From Macrostomum hystrix (taxonomy: Eukaryota; Animalia; Platyhelminthes), in the NCBI GenBank assembly GCA_950097015.1, contig CATNEN010000003.1:15748001-15812000 (forward strand): 64,000 bases of DNA, written 5' to 3'. The position numbers and the translations under genes were made by a program. The notes beneath the pieces are model-generated. The model saw nothing but the letters and a program-made list of their open reading frames with translations, made no database searches and was not told the origin of the DNA. Within the stretch, counting starts at the first letter, position 1. Each line of letters starts with the position of its first letter. Below are positions 62,751 to 64,000 of the stretch, one piece after another.

Positions 62751-63344
62751 AGTCGGGAACAAGTATCAAAAATCACACAAGTTCAAGCTGCCTTCTTCTT
62801 AATGACTTATTAGATTGTAGCATCTTGCTTATTTGTTATCCGTCGAACTCGTTATTCATTTCGACTCCCAAATCGAGTTTCAGAACAGATTTAGTTAGGG
62901 GACATTAAAGTGTGTCAGAGCTGTGGTCGTCTCATTCTCTGTTGGTGCCATCTCCAAAGGTTTGTCTTGCTATCATGCGTGCTGGTGGACTCAATAGCCT
63001 ATCTCAATAAATATCTAACAGAATAATACGAGTATACGCTTCTTTTGATATTTCTCAGTTATCAGACACGGCCGTGGTTGAGCCCTACAACTGCATGCTG
63101 TCATGCACCAACTGGTGGAAATAGCTCCTACTTTGTGGAATTGATTCGCGGCTTGAAAATGTTCGTCACATTTATCGGCAACTCGACCTCCAAACAGGAG
63201 CTGTTCAAGCGTGCATCTGAACAATTCAGTGCAATGCTCAGAGACAAGGCCTTCTTACACTGTACGCGAACGAGAATTCGCATGGATGATCACGAATTTA
63301 TGGAGGTTGTAAGTTGCAAGTTCACAGGAATCTTTCCGCATGCT

Positions 63345-64000
63345 TCAAGTTGTTGATAGGGCTGTTCTTTCAAATCGTTTTTCAGCAACACGACGACGAC
63401 AAGCTACGAACGGGGCACAGACGACTGTTTTGAAGGCAGTGCGAAAGCTTTTGCCCATCAAATAAGTAAACGGATCGACAATGTTGTGGAGAAAGGATAT
63501 CCAGATGAGAATAGTGTAAATAATGTCGAGTTGACCTTCAGTGAGGAAAGCGTATCCGTACACATTTGAATAGCCTTGGTAAACTGACATGGCAGCTCGC
63601 TGGACGTGTTTCAGAAAAAAGATTACGTTCATGAGTATCATGACAAAGCAGGTTCCTAGGTTGCGAATCTTGCGAGCCTTTGAGTCATCGTTGGCAGACA
63701 TTTTAGCAGCTCTGCGCGCTTGTCGGTAACTATCTCGCAACTGGACAGAAGCATAGCAAATAGAAACACCTTGCCAAGGTATAGGTCAATATTGTACTGA
63801 ATATTGTCGATTGCTGTGAGCAGATCTATGTCGGTCAGCGGGCGGCATCGCGTGCCGTCGTGAAACCATTTGGCAGCCCACAGGGCTGGCGCCAGACTGT
63901 CTAGCAGTGACAGAACGCACAGCAGCAGGCAGTTCCTCTTCACTGTGATGATTCGCTTCACCTTCAGTGGCATCACGACGGCCAGCACTGGCTCCAGAAA
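63345..64000 (-). pseudogene. Class A (rhodopsin-like) GPCR, end of TM3 to C-terminus, frameshifted in TM5; 5' part lies beyond the window
   Basis: FLEPVLAVVMPLK (DRY region plus ICL2 Pro), TM4, ECL2 Cys and TM5 start are in one frame. ICL3, TM6, TM7 HNIVDPFTY (NPxxY) and helix 8 KSFRTAF are in another frame, switching near 63741. Confidence 0.75.

Noticed and set aside
63045-63356. 103-aa + strand ORF and other short ORFs antisense to real exons (27667-28098, 41940-42302, 61265-61621)
   Set aside because: No recognisable motifs; they are shadow ORFs of coding sequence on the other strand or chance ORFs.
63741-63769. 29-nt GT-AG micro-intron rescuing the GPCR frameshift
   Set aside because: It would delete the hydrophobic TM5 core and is far shorter than other introns here (75 nt or more).

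Overview
Eukaryotic (metazoan, probably invertebrate) genomic DNA, not prokaryotic. About half of the window (roughly 34-35 kb by my tally of ~28 arrays) is mini/microsatellite with 4-32 bp units, which explains nearly all long ORFs in the supplied track. I could reconstruct two spliced genes by hand with GT-AG introns and consistent phase: a tandem-PDZ, syntenin-like protein (+, 27535-~43444) and a 10-exon NIPAL2/3-type magnesium transporter (+, 51891-58930, 463 aa). There is also an intronless EF-hand protein (-, 61109-61735) and a frameshifted class A GPCR running off the right end (-). Mobile DNA comprises a hAT MITE with a perfect 8-bp TSD, a TTAA piggyBac-like MITE, two tRNA-derived SINE families (one CORE-like) and a possible Harbinger relic. 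The most unusual signals are architectural: satellite arrays in head-to-head inverted pairs, an AGAT(T) core shared by many otherwise different satellites, a MITE carrying a satellite seed, and introns filled with satellite almost up to the splice sites. There is no CRISPR array, and nothing I can support as a new enzymatic system.
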